In this document: one piece after another, positions 26,680 to 40,052 of the stretch
Numbering within the stretch: position 1 is the first letter of the stretch
How the letters are laid out: each line of letters opens with the position of its first letter
NCBI RefSeq assembly: GCF_006345805.1
Contig: NC_042999.1
Location: 49,352,001-49,416,000, forward strand
Length of the DNA: 64,000 nt
Origin: Octopus sinensis
Taxonomy: Eukaryota
Direction of reading: 5' to 3'
The notes under the pieces: model-generated
Database searches by the model: none
What the model was told of the DNA's origin: nothing
The model's input: only the letters and a program-made list of their open reading frames with translations
Program-made: the position numbers and the translations under genes

Positions 26680-27780
26680 TTAGTGTGAGGGAGGGGAGCC
26701 TTGAGGGGGGATAATTTCTAGTGTATGGGAGGTTCTTGAAGGTTCTAATCGGTGGGGGAGGGGTGTTAGAGTGATTGGAAAACCAGGTTTTGTGGTGGGT
26801 CTTGTTTGAGATGTTTCGGGGGGGGGGAAAGGTTTTTTATATGGTTGGGGGAGGTTGTGTCCTGTTAGGAGGGGGTTTGGAGAGTATGTGTATTTGAGGT
26901 GCGGTTTGGAATGGTGTTTATGGGGTACAGTGGAAGTCTGTGTTGTGGGTACTTTTATGAATAGGTTTTTGGATTTATGGTTTAATATGAATTGTGTTTC
27001 ATAGTTGAGGAAGAAATCTTTGTTGTTTTCCCAGCGTTTAAGGGAGGTTCGTTCTTCCTTTTCACATTCATCTTTCCATAGTTTAATAACAAGTTCGAGG
27101 GGCTGTTCGTTGGTGTGTGAGGTTAGTTCTAGAAGTATCTCATCGTCTATTTTTGTGTATTTTTGTTCGTGGTTTTGTGCTCTGAGTTTTAGAAGTTCTA
27201 CTTCGGTTTTCATTTTTTCCAATGTTAGTTTTTCTCTTAGGGAGCGTTGTTTTTCAGGTTCGTCTGGGATGTGTTTGATTTGGAATTTTCGGGGTAGTAT
27301 GATAGGGGAGGAGTTTAACCATTTGTCGTAAATTTCAGCTTTGTTTTGGTTTTTGAGCATGTTCCAGAAGAGAAGTTTTCTGTTGTGTAGTTTCTTAGTC
27401 CAAGTAGTGATGATCTGGTTTTTAATGCGTTGTGCTGGGGTTGAAGTGTGTTCCTTCTGTGTGTTGAGTGGTGTCTGAGGTCTCTTTGGCGTTGAATTGG
27501 TAAGTAGAGTTTTCAGTGTAGTGTTGATTTCATTTAGGTTTACATCTATCTTATCCGAAAGTAGAGTTTTCAGTGTAGTGTTGATTTCGTTTAGGTTTAC
27601 ATCAATTTTATCCGAAAGTTGTTGATGATGGTTGTTTTCTGAGTTGTCCCGGGATTGATGGAGAAGTTCGTCAATTTTTTTGGAGAATGTAAGTAGATGT
27701 GTATTGAGTACTTTGAGTTCTTTTAGAATGGTCTTATTGGTGACTGTCTCTGTAAGAGTGCTCTTGTTTTTCGGAGGCAT
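26680..27780 (-). CDS. PLE upstream ORF1, coiled-coil N-terminal half and Pro/His-rich tail; probably extends to ~26288 if homopolymer indels are corrected
   Basis: 366-aa ATG-initiated ORF starting 28 nt after the 5' pLTR. Heptad-like Leu/Ile/Lys/Glu segments and a 19-aa tandem duplication. Confidence 0.8.
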   Translation of the reverse strand: MPPKNKSTLTETVTNKTILKELKVLNTHLLTFSKKIDELLHQSRDNSENNHHQQLSDKIDVNLNEINTTLKTLLSDKIDVNLNEINTTLKTLLTNSTPKRPQTPLNTQKEHTSTPAQRIKNQIITTWTKKLHNRKLLFWNMLKNQNKAEIYDKWLNSSPIILPRKFQIKHIPDEPEKQRSLREKLTLEKMKTEVELLKLRAQNHEQKYTKIDDEILLELTSHTNEQPLELVIKLWKDECEKEERTSLKRWENNKDFFLNYETQFILNHKSKNLFIKVPTTQTSTVPHKHHSKPHLKYTYSPNPLLTGHNLPQPYKKPFPPPETSQTRPTTKPGFPITLTPLPHRLEPSRTSHTLEIIPPQGSPPSH

Positions 27781-27808
27781 TCTGAATCACACGTGAGGTA
27801 GAGGGTAC

Positions 27809-28107
27809 AGATCAATAAATGGTGGGGTTGTGTTGACCGCACGTGGAGAAATGATAAGTAAGGAAAATTTTTTTTAAAAATGCAGAATGCTCAAATGAAA
27901 GAAAATTTTAATAAAATGAGAAATTGATAAAATATATAAATATATATTTATTCAACCGGTTTTCGTCATTGTATGACTTGTCAAGAATATTTATGTTTTA
28001 AAAAGTTTTTTTTTTAAAATTAGAAAGGGGAAAAAAAGAAAATTGCATTGTTTTTTGTAAAAGAATAATGATAAAAATGTACAAAAATTTAAAAATAAGT
28101 TCTCCGA
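27809..28107 (-). repeat. 5' pseudo-LTR of the PLE
   Basis: Direct repeat of 23196-23491. Confidence 0.92.
27949..27989 (-). ncRNA. Variant minimal hammerhead in the 5' pLTR (family H3)
   Basis: Identical to 23336-23376. Confidence 0.6.
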
Positions 28108-28122
28108 AAAATTTTTCCTTAC

Positions 28123-28158
<36 letters not shown>

Positions 28159-29856
28159 TATATGTGGTGTGTGTGTGGTGTGTGTGTGTGTGTGAAACCC
28201 CATCACCTAAACTGTATAATTGGGTGGATTTAAATCTTAATTTTAGGGCTCAACATAAACAAGTATACGACTCATGTTTTAATTTCAAATACTCCCTTAA
28301 TAGGATATGTAGTGGGAAGCACTGTCAGATATCATTAAGTCGTGCAATATCCAAATGCATCTAAACAGGATTTCTGCAAAATTCCTACATGTAAAGTACT
28401 TGAGCGCTTCTGCATAACATTGAAGGAATGAAATTATTTGAAACATGTATCGGAGTTAGTTAAGGCTTCCCACTGCTACAAGGCATTTTCAATCAATTTC
28501 AGGAGCCAACCATGACAGATGCTCTAAAGGGTTTCGTGGCAGAACAATAACCGCCATTCCTTTTGTGTTTTTAATATATTTTTTAGTTGATTCTAAATTC
28601 AAATAACGTAATATCACGCAGAGCCTCAATATTACTTGAAGTGGGTACTGCATGGAAATCAACCACGAAAAAGAAAAACAAGTCATGTTGATAGAACAAC
28701 AGCATGTAGGACAAATAAACTATAATACCAACGTAGATGCAGTTCAAATCATGACATTCAGTTGGAATATGTGGACACATACACCTAGTGGGATTTGTGT
28801 ACGTGAGTGCGTATGTGTTTCCTTGGGTGTATGTGCTCTTCTGTGTGTGTGCGTGCGTTTGTGTCTCTGTGTTTGCGCTTATAACGAAAATGTATCAAAC
28901 GACCTGGGATAAAGAAATGAATTGACATAGCAAAAGCTCATTTATCATAGATGACTAGTGTACGGAACAGCAAAACCATTGCAGTATTTGATACCTGAAA
29001 CTTCTGTTGAATAGACAAGTGTCAAAGTTATATGAGAAAGAATCTTGAGAGGAAATTATCAAAATGTGAATGGAATGCTTCTACAGTATTCTTAAATCGT
29101 TGAAATTATTCGTAGAAAAACTACGGGACCAACTAGTAAATCTTAGAAGAACTTAATGCATAAACAGAAAGGCTGGAATAAACAGCAGGACGGAGAAAAA
29201 TGCAGTGGTCCAGTCACATTAGTAGACTGACTGGGTCGCTTAAAAAAAGCATACTATAATAAAACAAAAAAAAAAGTGGGAAATGAAAGAGAGATGACTC
29301 AATGATATGCACACGTGAGCTAGGAGTAAAAGGCTGAAATGCATAGAGAGCAGCAACAAGAAGTGTGTTTAGGTATACGAATGGCAGAAATAGTACTGGC
29401 ACAATTTTACTCGATAAAGTGATGCTTAATAGAGTGATGAGAAATTTCAAAAAGAAAAAAACCTACACCAATTTATTCAACCTTTATATCAGGTATTTCA
29501 ATGCTCTCCCTTACGAAAGGATTGCTTAAGTTAAGTTTCATGAATTTTGTCTAGGGTGTTCTAGGTATAAGTAACTTGTCTTTATGTAAATAACAAAAAT
29601 ATACTTGTTGTGCATCGATTGATGCCCGAATACACCTTTTCTCTTTAGTTGTCTCAGCAAAAGAGCTCTGTTATAATTTAAACTCATTGTAGGATATAAG
29701 TTTCGTATACAGAGCAAATATTTGAATAAATAAAGAAGTATTTGTTGTTTTCTTTCATTGACACATTCGCCTAATAAATCCTTCCATTTCTTTTTCATTG
29801 TCCTTCTCTTTTTTCTTCCTCTCTGCATCTCTCTTTCATTATCACAGATACACACA

Positions 29857-29893
<37 letters not shown>

Positions 29894-30026
29894 TTTATTG
29901 TTGAATTTCTGCTGCTTTTAACTAAAGCATATTACTCTACCCCTGGTATTTGAGAACTCTTTTTTCCACCTTGTTTCATATTTATGTGTTTACTCCGGTA
30001 TATATATATATATATATATATATACA

Positions 30027-30110
30027 CAAAATAAGTTAGGGGCTGTGGATCCAACCCTCTAAGGGATAATACTTATCCAATATACTTTTGGTATACTACC
30101 GTAGTTTTTT
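30027..30110 (-). mobile_element. 3'-end fragment of the repeat family seen at 53128-53690
   Basis: tgtggatccaacc...taagggataatacttatccaatatact matches 53146-53190; abuts (TA)n. Confidence 0.6.
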
Positions 30111-30819
30111 TAATTAAATAAGACAACATTCTAATATCCTAAAGCTGATAAACCAACTAATGTGTTTCTCCATGTTCTTATTTATATATATAGCAGCACC
30201 TGCTTCTATGATAGTGGCAACTGGGCACCACCATTGCCTACGCAATTAACAGTGACAATGGCAGCGATACCAGCGGCAGCAGCAACAGTAACGAACTCGG
30301 CAGTAACAACCGTAACAGCCATGATAACGACAGCAACAACAACAGCTGCACCACCACCAATACAAGAGCACAGACACGGGAATATGTTGGATCAACCGAG
30401 GGCTCATTCAAAAATCGTCTTAACAATCATGGGTCGACTTTTAAAACACCAAACAGGTTCAACATCACATCTCTGGCCAGCTAGATATGGCGTTTAAAAG
30501 CGGAGGATATACCATACAGGATCAAATGGGGACCTCTAGAACAACCGGAACAGTATTTCAACGGGAGCAAACGATGTAAGCCTCAGTTGGCCGAGAGAGC
30601 AAGAATCCAGAAAACTCCTTTTGTGCGGGGACCTCAAACCCTAACAAAGATGTATTTAGTCGATGCCCTCATCGGAGGAAATTCATGTTGAAAACACGGA
30701 ATTCCTCGTTTACCAACTAGGTAAAAGAATCGAGTATAAGCTGACCCGTTTTAGACGCAACTGGAATTGATCTGAGAGGGATGACTTCACCTCACACACA
30801 CTTATCACCAGTAGAATTT

Positions 30820-30883
30820 CGTTCAGTGGAACTGAACCCGAAACCATGTGGTTCGTAAGCAAGCTACTTACCACACAACCACT

Positions 30884-30886
<3 letters not shown>
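30820..30886 (-). mobile_element. SINE family B head fragment
   Basis: cagtggaactgaacccgaaaccatgtgg...accacacaaccactcct. Confidence 0.75.
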
Positions 30887-30933
<47 letters not shown>

Positions 30934-31217
30934 ATATGCAGAGAGAGAGAGAGAAGGACATACACATACATATATGCATGTTAGGCGGATAGACTAGCGG
31001 TCAGGGTGCTACAGTCACGATCTTGCTATCGTGATTTCAATTCTTACATCAGGTGCTGAGCAGTATTCTTGAGCAAAATCACTTTAGCTTACGTTGGTCT
31101 GTGATCACTTCGACACCTGACGCACTTGTCCGGCATGAAATTGCAGAACCGTCTTTCTCGATATACTCTTGACTACTACCGTATATATGCATGTGTGTGT
31201 AGGTATGAATGTTTTTT

Positions 31218-31486
31218 TTATTTTATGCGCCCTTTTTTAATCCTAACCAGGCTCATGGACCCGGTCTCCCGGTTTCTATGGCGTATGTATTCCCCCCAGC
31301 TGTACGGGACACAAGTCCATCGCAGCGTTACTCAAGAAAGAGTACAACAGGGGTCACCACCACCCCCTGCCGGAGCCTCGTGGAGCTTTAGGTGTTTTCG
31401 CTCAATAACCACACACTACGCTCGGTCTGGGCGATCCTTCGACCGCAAGTCCGTTACCCTAACCCCTGGACCATTGCGCGTCCACA
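31218..31486 (-). mobile_element. tRNA-derived SINE family C, tail type 1 (resembles octopus OR-type SINEs)
   Basis: Minus head gtggacgcgcaatggtccaggggttaggg; central block shared with 33190-33348. Confidence 0.75.
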
Positions 31487-31703
31487 TGTATGAATGTATA
31501 AATAATTAAAATAGAGGGTAGAAATAAAGAAGAATAGCTCTAACTAAATTGATAGCAATAGGAAGAGCATTCCGGAAAAAGTGAATATCTTTTACGAAAC
31601 GTTTTCCTTTTATTTTTCCTATAAATTGTATATTACAAAGCGTTCTTCTTAAGAATTATGTATTAAACTATATCACACACACACATACATGCACACACTG
31701 ACA

Positions 31704-31750
<47 letters not shown>

Positions 31751-31774
31751 TACATACGTACATACATACATACA

Positions 31775-31777
31775 TAG

Positions 31778-31853
<76 letters not shown>

Positions 31854-31862
31854 GGATAGATG

Positions 31863-31948
<86 letters not shown>
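31775..31948. repeat. (GATA)n microsatellite (a second one at ~63531-63700)
   Basis: Direct reading. Confidence 0.95.
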
Positions 31949-33037
31949 CATATATAGAAATACATATACATATGCAGGTATTAAAGGAAACCAAAGGCGT
32001 TATGGTAAATAGATAGGGGAAAATAATCTGCTGCATTTTAGTTTGGTTTAGTTACTTGCAATTTACACACTCATGCATGCATGTGTGTGTGTCTGTGTAT
32101 GTGTGTGTGTATGTGTGTGTGTGTGTGTGCAAGTGTGTGCTTACCTGTGTGTATATGTGTGCTCGTTTGTACGTGCACATGATTACGTATGCTCACAAAT
32201 ACGCCGTTTATGTTTTACTGCGTCTATAATACTAAGGAACCTACTTTAAGATAAAATAGCGTTAATATACCGTTTAGGGTATATGATTCTGAAAGTTAAC
32301 TGAGAACGTTGAAAAACTCGTTACCTTGATAATATCTTAATCGTTGTCACTCAAAGCATTTTCCTCTCGTCATCCGAATACCACTTTGGGGGTTTTATCA
32401 TTTCTTGAAATCTAAGAGGCAGCGATTTCCTTAGCTTGCTGCGAACATTTGATTCGATAATACGTGAAACGCTGGTAGCATTAATTCTCGACTACGTCAA
32501 TTGTTGGTAAATGAAGCTTTCTAAACTCCAATAAAGGAATGAATACGCGTCAAGATGTTGATGGATCCTGCATCGATTTCGACGAAGAGCAGTCAGTTGT
32601 TCCGCCCACTGAATTTTCACTCGGTGAATTAATGTTAGTGTCTGAATGTTCCACTGATATATTTAGCCTTCACATAAATCTCAGGTGGATTCGGCGTAGA
32701 ACGAGGTGACTAGGTTTTTGAATTACATGTATGATACAAGTAGTAAGAATGACAAGGCAATCCACCCCGCAGATAAAAAATACAATTGGCTTGGATTCGA
32801 ATTCACAGACAAGAGAACAGAAATTAATACCACATGGAATTCTATGTGACACTTTAGCCAGTCTGCCACATTTACAAACAAACTTCTATGTAAGACCATT
32901 CCAGCAATTAAAAACAGCAGCCAAATAGCAACACATGACACCATCATAAATAGTAAATACTAGAGAGTACAACCGACTACTGCATTTTGCTTTAAATCTC
33001 GTGAGTAAAAGTATTGCAAAATTTGCTTTATATATAT

Positions 33038-33350
33038 CAACGTGATCACCGTCACCAAACCAGGCTACCAGATGTTGCTACACATCGCTGGTCACAATGC
33101 GTTTCGCATTGTTTTAGCCTTTAAATGACGCCACCCCGCTGGCTAAGCGAGCAGGCGAACAAAAGAAAGAGGGAGAGAAAGTTGTGGCGAATGAGTACAG
33201 CAGGGATCGCCCCCCCACCCCTGCCGGAGCCTCGTGGAGCTTTAGGCGTTTTCGCTCAATAAACATTCACAACGCCCGGTCTGTGAATCGAAACCGCGAT
33301 CCTACGACCGCGAGTTCGCTGCCCTAACCGCTGAGCCATTGCACCTCCAC
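33038..33350 (-). mobile_element. tRNA-derived SINE family C, tail type 2
   Basis: Minus strand TGGCTCAGCGG (A box) and GGTTTCGATTC (B-box-like). Shares aaagctccacgaggctccggcagggg with 31360-31410. Confidence 0.8.
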
Positions 33351-33369
33351 ACACACAACACACACACAC

Positions 33370-33414
<45 letters not shown>

Positions 33415-33417
<3 letters not shown>

Positions 33418-33537
33418 TATTTATGCGCCCTTTTTCAAGCCCAGCCAGGACCATGGGCCCGGTTTCCCGGTTTCTGTGGCGTATGTGTTCCCCCCACCTG
33501 GACGGGACTATAGTCCATCGCAGCGTTACTCAAGAAA
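33415..33537 (-). mobile_element. SINE family C tail type 1 fragment
   Basis: Matches 31218-31338. Confidence 0.75.
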
Positions 33538-33560
33538 CAGACACATAAGCACACACACAC

Positions 33561-33605
<45 letters not shown>

Positions 33606-33659
33606 ACACACGTGTGTATATGTCATGCTGAAATGTTAATCCCTACATGAGTTTTCATT

Positions 33660-33815
33660 CTCTTCCCATTTCTTTTTTATTCTCCACCCTTTCTGTCGAA
33701 GAGCGTAGGCCTGAAACGTCGAACACTTTTCTATTCTTCCGAGCGTGCGTCAACTAATATACCTGCTTGTTGTTCCCCCACCTGTTTCGCCTTTTGTTTT
33801 CTGTAAATTTGAACT
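33660..33815 (+). mobile_element. Diverged H2 repeat with degenerate hammerhead
   Basis: ttt-CTGTCGA-a-gagcgtaggcct-GAAA-cg-TC; downstream sequence resembles the 17350-17440 reverse complement. Confidence 0.6.
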
Positions 33816-33841
33816 TTACACACACACACACACACCACATA

Positions 33842-33939
<98 letters not shown>

Positions 33940-34155
33940 TCATACATGCATATACATACGTACATACATAAACGCATACATACACACATAGATACATATA
34001 TACCAAAAATAACTCTGCGGGAATGTGAGTAAAGGAAATCTTTTCAATAAAAAATATGCTTATGTCAAGGACTCATCTGTTAGAAGTTGCACTTCACTGT
34101 ATATATAATTACGTCCATTTGTCCAATTCAGGAGCAGCAGCAGCAGCAGCAGCAG

Positions 34156-34202
<47 letters not shown>

Positions 34203-35338
34203 TAGTAGTAGTAGTAGTGGTAGTAGTAGTAGTAGTAGTACCACGCTGATTTCACATGAGAACTACATAACTACGAGTACATACACGCTGTTTCAATGAA
34301 CGTGATAGCTAAGTGTTCAAACAGCCAAAAATTAGTCTTTACAGTTATTTTATACTTTTGATACCCAATTCATTGTTCTTCCGGTGAACTGATTCCTGTC
34401 CTCCCGAAGGACGTACATTAACACTGACTGATGTATTAGAATTCACGATTCTAATACATCTGACAAAAGTTTGAAAACCTCACTGCTAATTTAAAATTGG
34501 ATTGTTTAACCTTTTATTTACTTCACTAAAAACTATTACATAATTTCTCCTCAAAATAGAAATACAAGTAAAATGCTAAAAAAAAACCGAATGCTGTTAA
34601 AATGGTTTCTGACTTTGGCACGAGGCCAGCAATATCAAGAACAAGAACTTAGTCGGTATCCTCGAATCCATTTCTTTGCTGGTACGTAGTTATCCATCCC
34701 TGAGAGACTGAAAGAAAAGTTGGCTCTGGCAGGATTAAACTCAGAACCTAAAGATCTATGAATGCTCCTAAAATGCTGCTAAAATGAGCAATCATTTCTT
34801 TATGTCTGAATGTATTTATAGGTATTTTCTGACTTTGACGTACAAATAGCGGGTTATTTGCTGAAATAAATTCTTTATGCTTAATAATACGAACGCGTTA
34901 ATAACATTCTACAATAGGTTCTAATTCAATAAAATCTTTTAGTTGTGTTTTAAAAGTTTCAGTGTATAAGGAGTGTATAAGTAGTCGATTGAATGAATGG
35001 AATTCATTATGCATGGACAGTGTAGAAATAAAGTGCAAAATTTTCCTTATGACTTTATTTGAATACCTTAAGAAAAGAATGTATATAATTTATATGCGAT
35101 ATTTGGACCGAAACGAAGATATAGTAATTTTTGCATCAATTTTCTTCACAAAAAAATAGGGGAAAGCAAATATTATTCTAATTGTATGGACAAGGTTAAT
35201 ATTTGATTTGATATGGTTAAGACCCATGTACCATAAGAAATAACGATAACTTCATTATCATATGCGGAAATTTACGAACATGTGTGCGTGGGTATATACT
35301 ATATATACATATACATAAATATACATATACATATACAT

Positions 35339-35416
<78 letters not shown>

Positions 35417-35447
35417 TATATATATAATATATATATATATATATGTA

Positions 35448-35491
<44 letters not shown>

Positions 35492-36064
35492 ATATGACGA
35501 AAATGAAATAACAGATACCGCATATTATTTATTTGGTTTCAGGGAAGAAGAAAAACTGCAGCAATTTATTTATTATATTGACCATTGATGAAGTCAAAAT
35601 ATTTTCATCCTCCGTTTGGAACAGTGAATTACGACTGTAAATAAAAGCAAAGCATCCTTTAGGTTTTCTTCTATTTTTGCTTTATTTGCTTTCCAGTTTC
35701 GATTTATTACTAGAATAGAGTAACATATAATCTATGATATAACTACTTATTGAACCTTTTTCTCGTCTGGTAAGCAATTGCACCAAATAGATATTTCGAA
35801 GAGAGACCATTTATAATGGAAAGTTCTTATTCGTTTTACTCCATTTCTTCAACTGATATGACTTGACCGGACAAACGGGAGCCATTTTAGTTTGTCTCCG
35901 ATAAACGTTGAATCATATGGATTATACAACCTTGTAATATCGATGATAACATAAAGAAACGGCTTTTATTACACACATACGTACGCCTGTATCTGAGTGT
36001 GCATATACATATATATATATGCATGCACACATACACATGCGCACACACACAAACACACACACAA

Positions 36065-36105
<41 letters not shown>

Positions 36106-36183
36106 AATACATACAAACGTATATAAATATTATATATATATATATATACTTATATGTATATACATGTATACATATATACATAT

Positions 36184-36225
<42 letters not shown>

Positions 36226-36262
36226 CTTATATATATATATACATATATACATATATATATAC

Positions 36263-36310
<48 letters not shown>

Positions 36311-36913
36311 ATATTCAAGAAGCTGAAATAAAGTTTATAAGTTTTCCATTGCGGAAATTAAAGTTTGATCACATATTGCTTTTCTTTGTCCATTGCTTAC
36401 TTTCACATTGTTATATGCCCGTATGATCATATAGCATTTAATGTACACCGTATTAAAATAAGAACTACTACTAGTTTCATGTCATGGAGACATGATTATT
36501 CGACAGTTTTATATAGTGTGCCCTGAGACTCCAGGCAATTTTTCAGGCTCAGATGCACTGAAGCTGAAAAGATGCAGAGTAAGTCATATTATATAAATCG
36601 GTCGAATTACTGTGTCTTTAAAGTTTGAAATTTGAAGCAGTTCTTATTGTAAATACTGTGTACATGAAAATATATTTATCTCTCAAAAGCTGGAGTACTT
36701 TTTTGTTGATGCTAGCTATACGGGAACGTTACACTACATATTCATGTGTGTATGTGTGAGTATATGCATAAGAGTGTATACGTTTGTATATCTGTATGCA
36801 TAAGTCTACGTACGTGAATATATTCCTTTTGTGAGTGTGGATCAGTTTAACCACGTGGTCTAATGGCTCCACTATGCAATGGGTGGTGTCCTTGTGTAAG
36901 ACATTTCATTCAC

Positions 36914-37097
36914 AGGCGTAGGAGTGGCTGTGTGGTAAGTAGCTTGCTTACGAAGAACATGGTTCCGGGTTCAGTCCCACTGCGTGGGACCTTCGGCAAG
37001 TGTATTCTACTAAAGCCTCAGGCCAACCAAAGCCTTGTGAGTGGATTTGGTAGACGGAAACCGAAAGAAGCCCGTCGTATATATATATATTTATTTA

Positions 37098-37130
<33 letters not shown>

Positions 37131-37342
37131 TGTGTGTGTGTGTGCCTGTGTTTGTCCACCCCCAAAATCGCATTACAACATGTGCTGGTGTGTTTACGTC
37201 CCCGTAACTTAGCGATTCGGCAAAAGAGTCTGATAGAATATGTACTAAGCATACAAAGAATAAGTCCCGGGGTCATTTTGCTCGACTAAAGGCGGTGCTC
37301 CAGCATGATCACAGTCAAATGACTGAAACAATTAACAAAGAG
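36914..37342 (+). mobile_element. SINE family B, full length
   Basis: Homologous to 2890-3303. Confidence 0.85.
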
Positions 37343-37969
37343 TCGATGCTGCAATCTATACTGGTGAAAAGGCTCCTGCCTAATGCATCTAGCGTAACCA
37401 TAATACATAGAATATGATGCCAATACTTGAGAGTGATGGCTAAATAATGTGTATACGTTTGCATCTATTTTTATATCTCATATTGTGAAAAGTCAAACCT
37501 AGAAGCAAAGTTTCGTTGATTTTTGAACTTTCCGAAAAAATTAATGTTTAAATTTTGCTTTATGTTTATGCAGATGTATCATTCAAAATTTCGACTGTGA
37601 CAAATGTGGTATTGATAATTACTGTTATTGCTGCCTTGTGTCTAAGAATCTGAATATATCAATATTTCATGAAGGGGGAGTTGGAATAAGTACGTGGCAC
37701 ACACGCATACGGATATACACACACCTACATAGATACATGCATACATACATACATACATACATACATACATACAACATACATACATACATACATACATACA
37801 TACATACATACATACACAACATCCATTACAAGAAGTCAGAAAACGGAATCAGTCGATAAATTAAGTGCCAGCGAAAAACTGGGTTCGATCTAATCGAGTA
37901 ATCCCCCACCCCGCCAAATATCAGGCCTTGCGCCTTTAGTAGAAAATACTATTATTATTATCATTACTT

Positions 37970-38125
37970 AAATCGGCTAGCACGCTGGTCGAAGTTCTGA
38001 GCGGTATTTCGCCCGTCGCTATGTTCTGATTTCAAATTCCACCGAGGTCGACTTTGTCTTTCATCGTTTTGGGGCCGATAAGTGAAGTACCAGTGAAACA
38101 CTGGTGTCGATGTAATCGACTTATC
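37970..38125 (+). mobile_element. SINE family A, diverged; a tail fragment also at ~37850-37945
   Basis: gcggtatttcgccc...ttcaaattccaccgaggtcgactttg. Confidence 0.7.
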
Positions 38126-38176
38126 TGCTCGCACAAAAATACTCTTGTGGAATTATTATTATTATTATTATTATTA

Positions 38177-38279
<103 letters not shown>

Positions 38280-38290
38280 TATCATTATTA

Positions 38291-38762
38291 TTGAGAGAGC
38301 AGTGCATGCCATCAAAGTGACACTGGGGTAAAATATACGAAGCCCAGTATACCCATCATGACTACCCGACTGATGTGGGTAGACTAGGCACATGCATCAC
38401 AACCATATGTGCGCGACATGGCGATCTCAATTCAAGATAAACAGCACATGACCATGCAGATGGGTCCCAGTTTGAATTTTCTTCTGGTCGAGTAACCCAT
38501 CCCGCTCAAAATGTCCCTGAATAAGGGTTGTTTAAGGATGTTGAACGAAACACCCATGTTTCCAGAGATGAATTATTCAAAATCCAAAGAATCCCTCTCA
38601 GCACTTGGCTAGGATGCTCCCCCACTACTTCAGTTCGTGATCAGAGATGCACATGTCGTCAGCCGCTAAGGGACATGGTCAACTGGTTATGGTCAAACAA
38701 CTGACAAGCAAATCTGTGGTATTGAGCAGAATATTTGCAGTAGCCCATCTTTTATACCAAGA
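38291..38762. mobile_element. Unclassified ~470-bp GC-richer insertion inside an (ATT)n/(ATC)n microsatellite
   Basis: Complex sequence with sharp boundaries against trinucleotide tracts 38152-38290 and 38765-38890. Confidence 0.45.
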
Positions 38763-38766
38763 TATA

Positions 38767-38811
<45 letters not shown>

Positions 38812-39892
38812 GTTGTTGTTGTTGTTGTTGTTGTTTTTGCTATTAATTATTATTATCATCATCATCATTATTATTATCATTATTATTATTATTTCCGTTC
38901 ACTTTGATTATAGCGCTGCTGCTTCAAACCACTCTTTCTAACTGCTGTTAGAAATTATTCTAATTAAGCAGTGTAAAAGATCACTTTAAATAAATGATTG
39001 CGTGATTCGCGTTAATACTAAAAGCAAACTTGTGCCTCAGATATTCCTAGCAGAAGGAGATATCCTGTCCATTTACATGCAAAGAGAATATTGCAAATGT
39101 TTTAACAACGAACCCAAAACCGATATTCATCAGTATTAACAATTATGCTACAGAAAAATGCGTTTCCAAGTCACGGAATGAATGAATCAACTTGGAAAAT
39201 TTAAGTGCAGTTAAGAACTTTACTTCATCAACAACAAAACAACATCGGCAATAACAACAACAAAAACAAAAGCAGCAGTGACGGCGGCGATGGCGATGAC
39301 GACGACGACGACGACGATAACATCAATTATAAAAGTGGAAGACTCTTAAAGTCAAATTCGATCTCATGAGCAGTATAATTCTTTCTTGGAACTCACCGAG
39401 TGTTTGTGTTCCGATGAAGATAAATTAAACACTATCAGTAATCAAAATGTTGTCAGCTAAAATTTCTGGCTTAATCTACGATTTAATTAAATCCTAAAGT
39501 ACTTGACATTAATTAACATTAAGAAATTCATATTCGTTTAATTAAAATACGACAAAGCATCAACCCAAATATCAAACTATACAGTGTGTAATCAATGCAA
39601 TCAATTCCTCAAACGTTGTCCATGCAGTGTTTACATGTAAAGAAATCCAATCCAGTGAACACTATGATATATTGTACTGGAAAACAATAGAACAAAGGCC
39701 TTTATTTTTCCTTAATCCATATCTAGTATTTAGAGCAACCGGCGCTGGTTTATTAATGTTGTAGGTCTTGTGTTTTCTTACGGTCCACTACTCGAAACTT
39801 GGTAATATTTCTGGTCTCCATTCGATCGAATGTTTGTAAGTTTAAGCTCCAGTTAAGCATGTGTAGCTCTATACATGAAACAAGTTTAATTT

Positions 39893-39971
<79 letters not shown>

Positions 39972-40004
39972 AATATACATATATATATACATATATACAT
40001 TTAT

Positions 40005-40052
<48 letters not shown>

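Larger units (their letters stand above)
23196..28123 (-). mobile_element. Penelope-like retroelement (GIY-YIG endonuclease-positive), near full length, inserted in (TA)n
   Basis: Direct terminal repeats 23196-23491 and 27809-28107. PLE-type RT and C-terminal GIY-YIG domain. HHR motif in the repeats; (TA)n on both flanks. Confidence 0.93.

Noticed and set aside
25390-27331. Plus-strand ORFs (93-165 aa) over the PLE
   Set aside because: Antisense shadows of the A/C-rich coding strand.
30162-30800. 111-aa Thr/Ala-rich ORF and adjacent GC-richer block
   Set aside because: The ORF is a degenerate (CAG/CAA)n tract. The neighbouring block may be an RTE-like relic but is too decayed to call.
32540-32960. 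74-aa hydrophobic minus-strand ORF after a ctctctag acceptor-like site
   Set aside because: No recognisable family motif, and several frames are equally plausible; cannot be supported without homology or RNA data.
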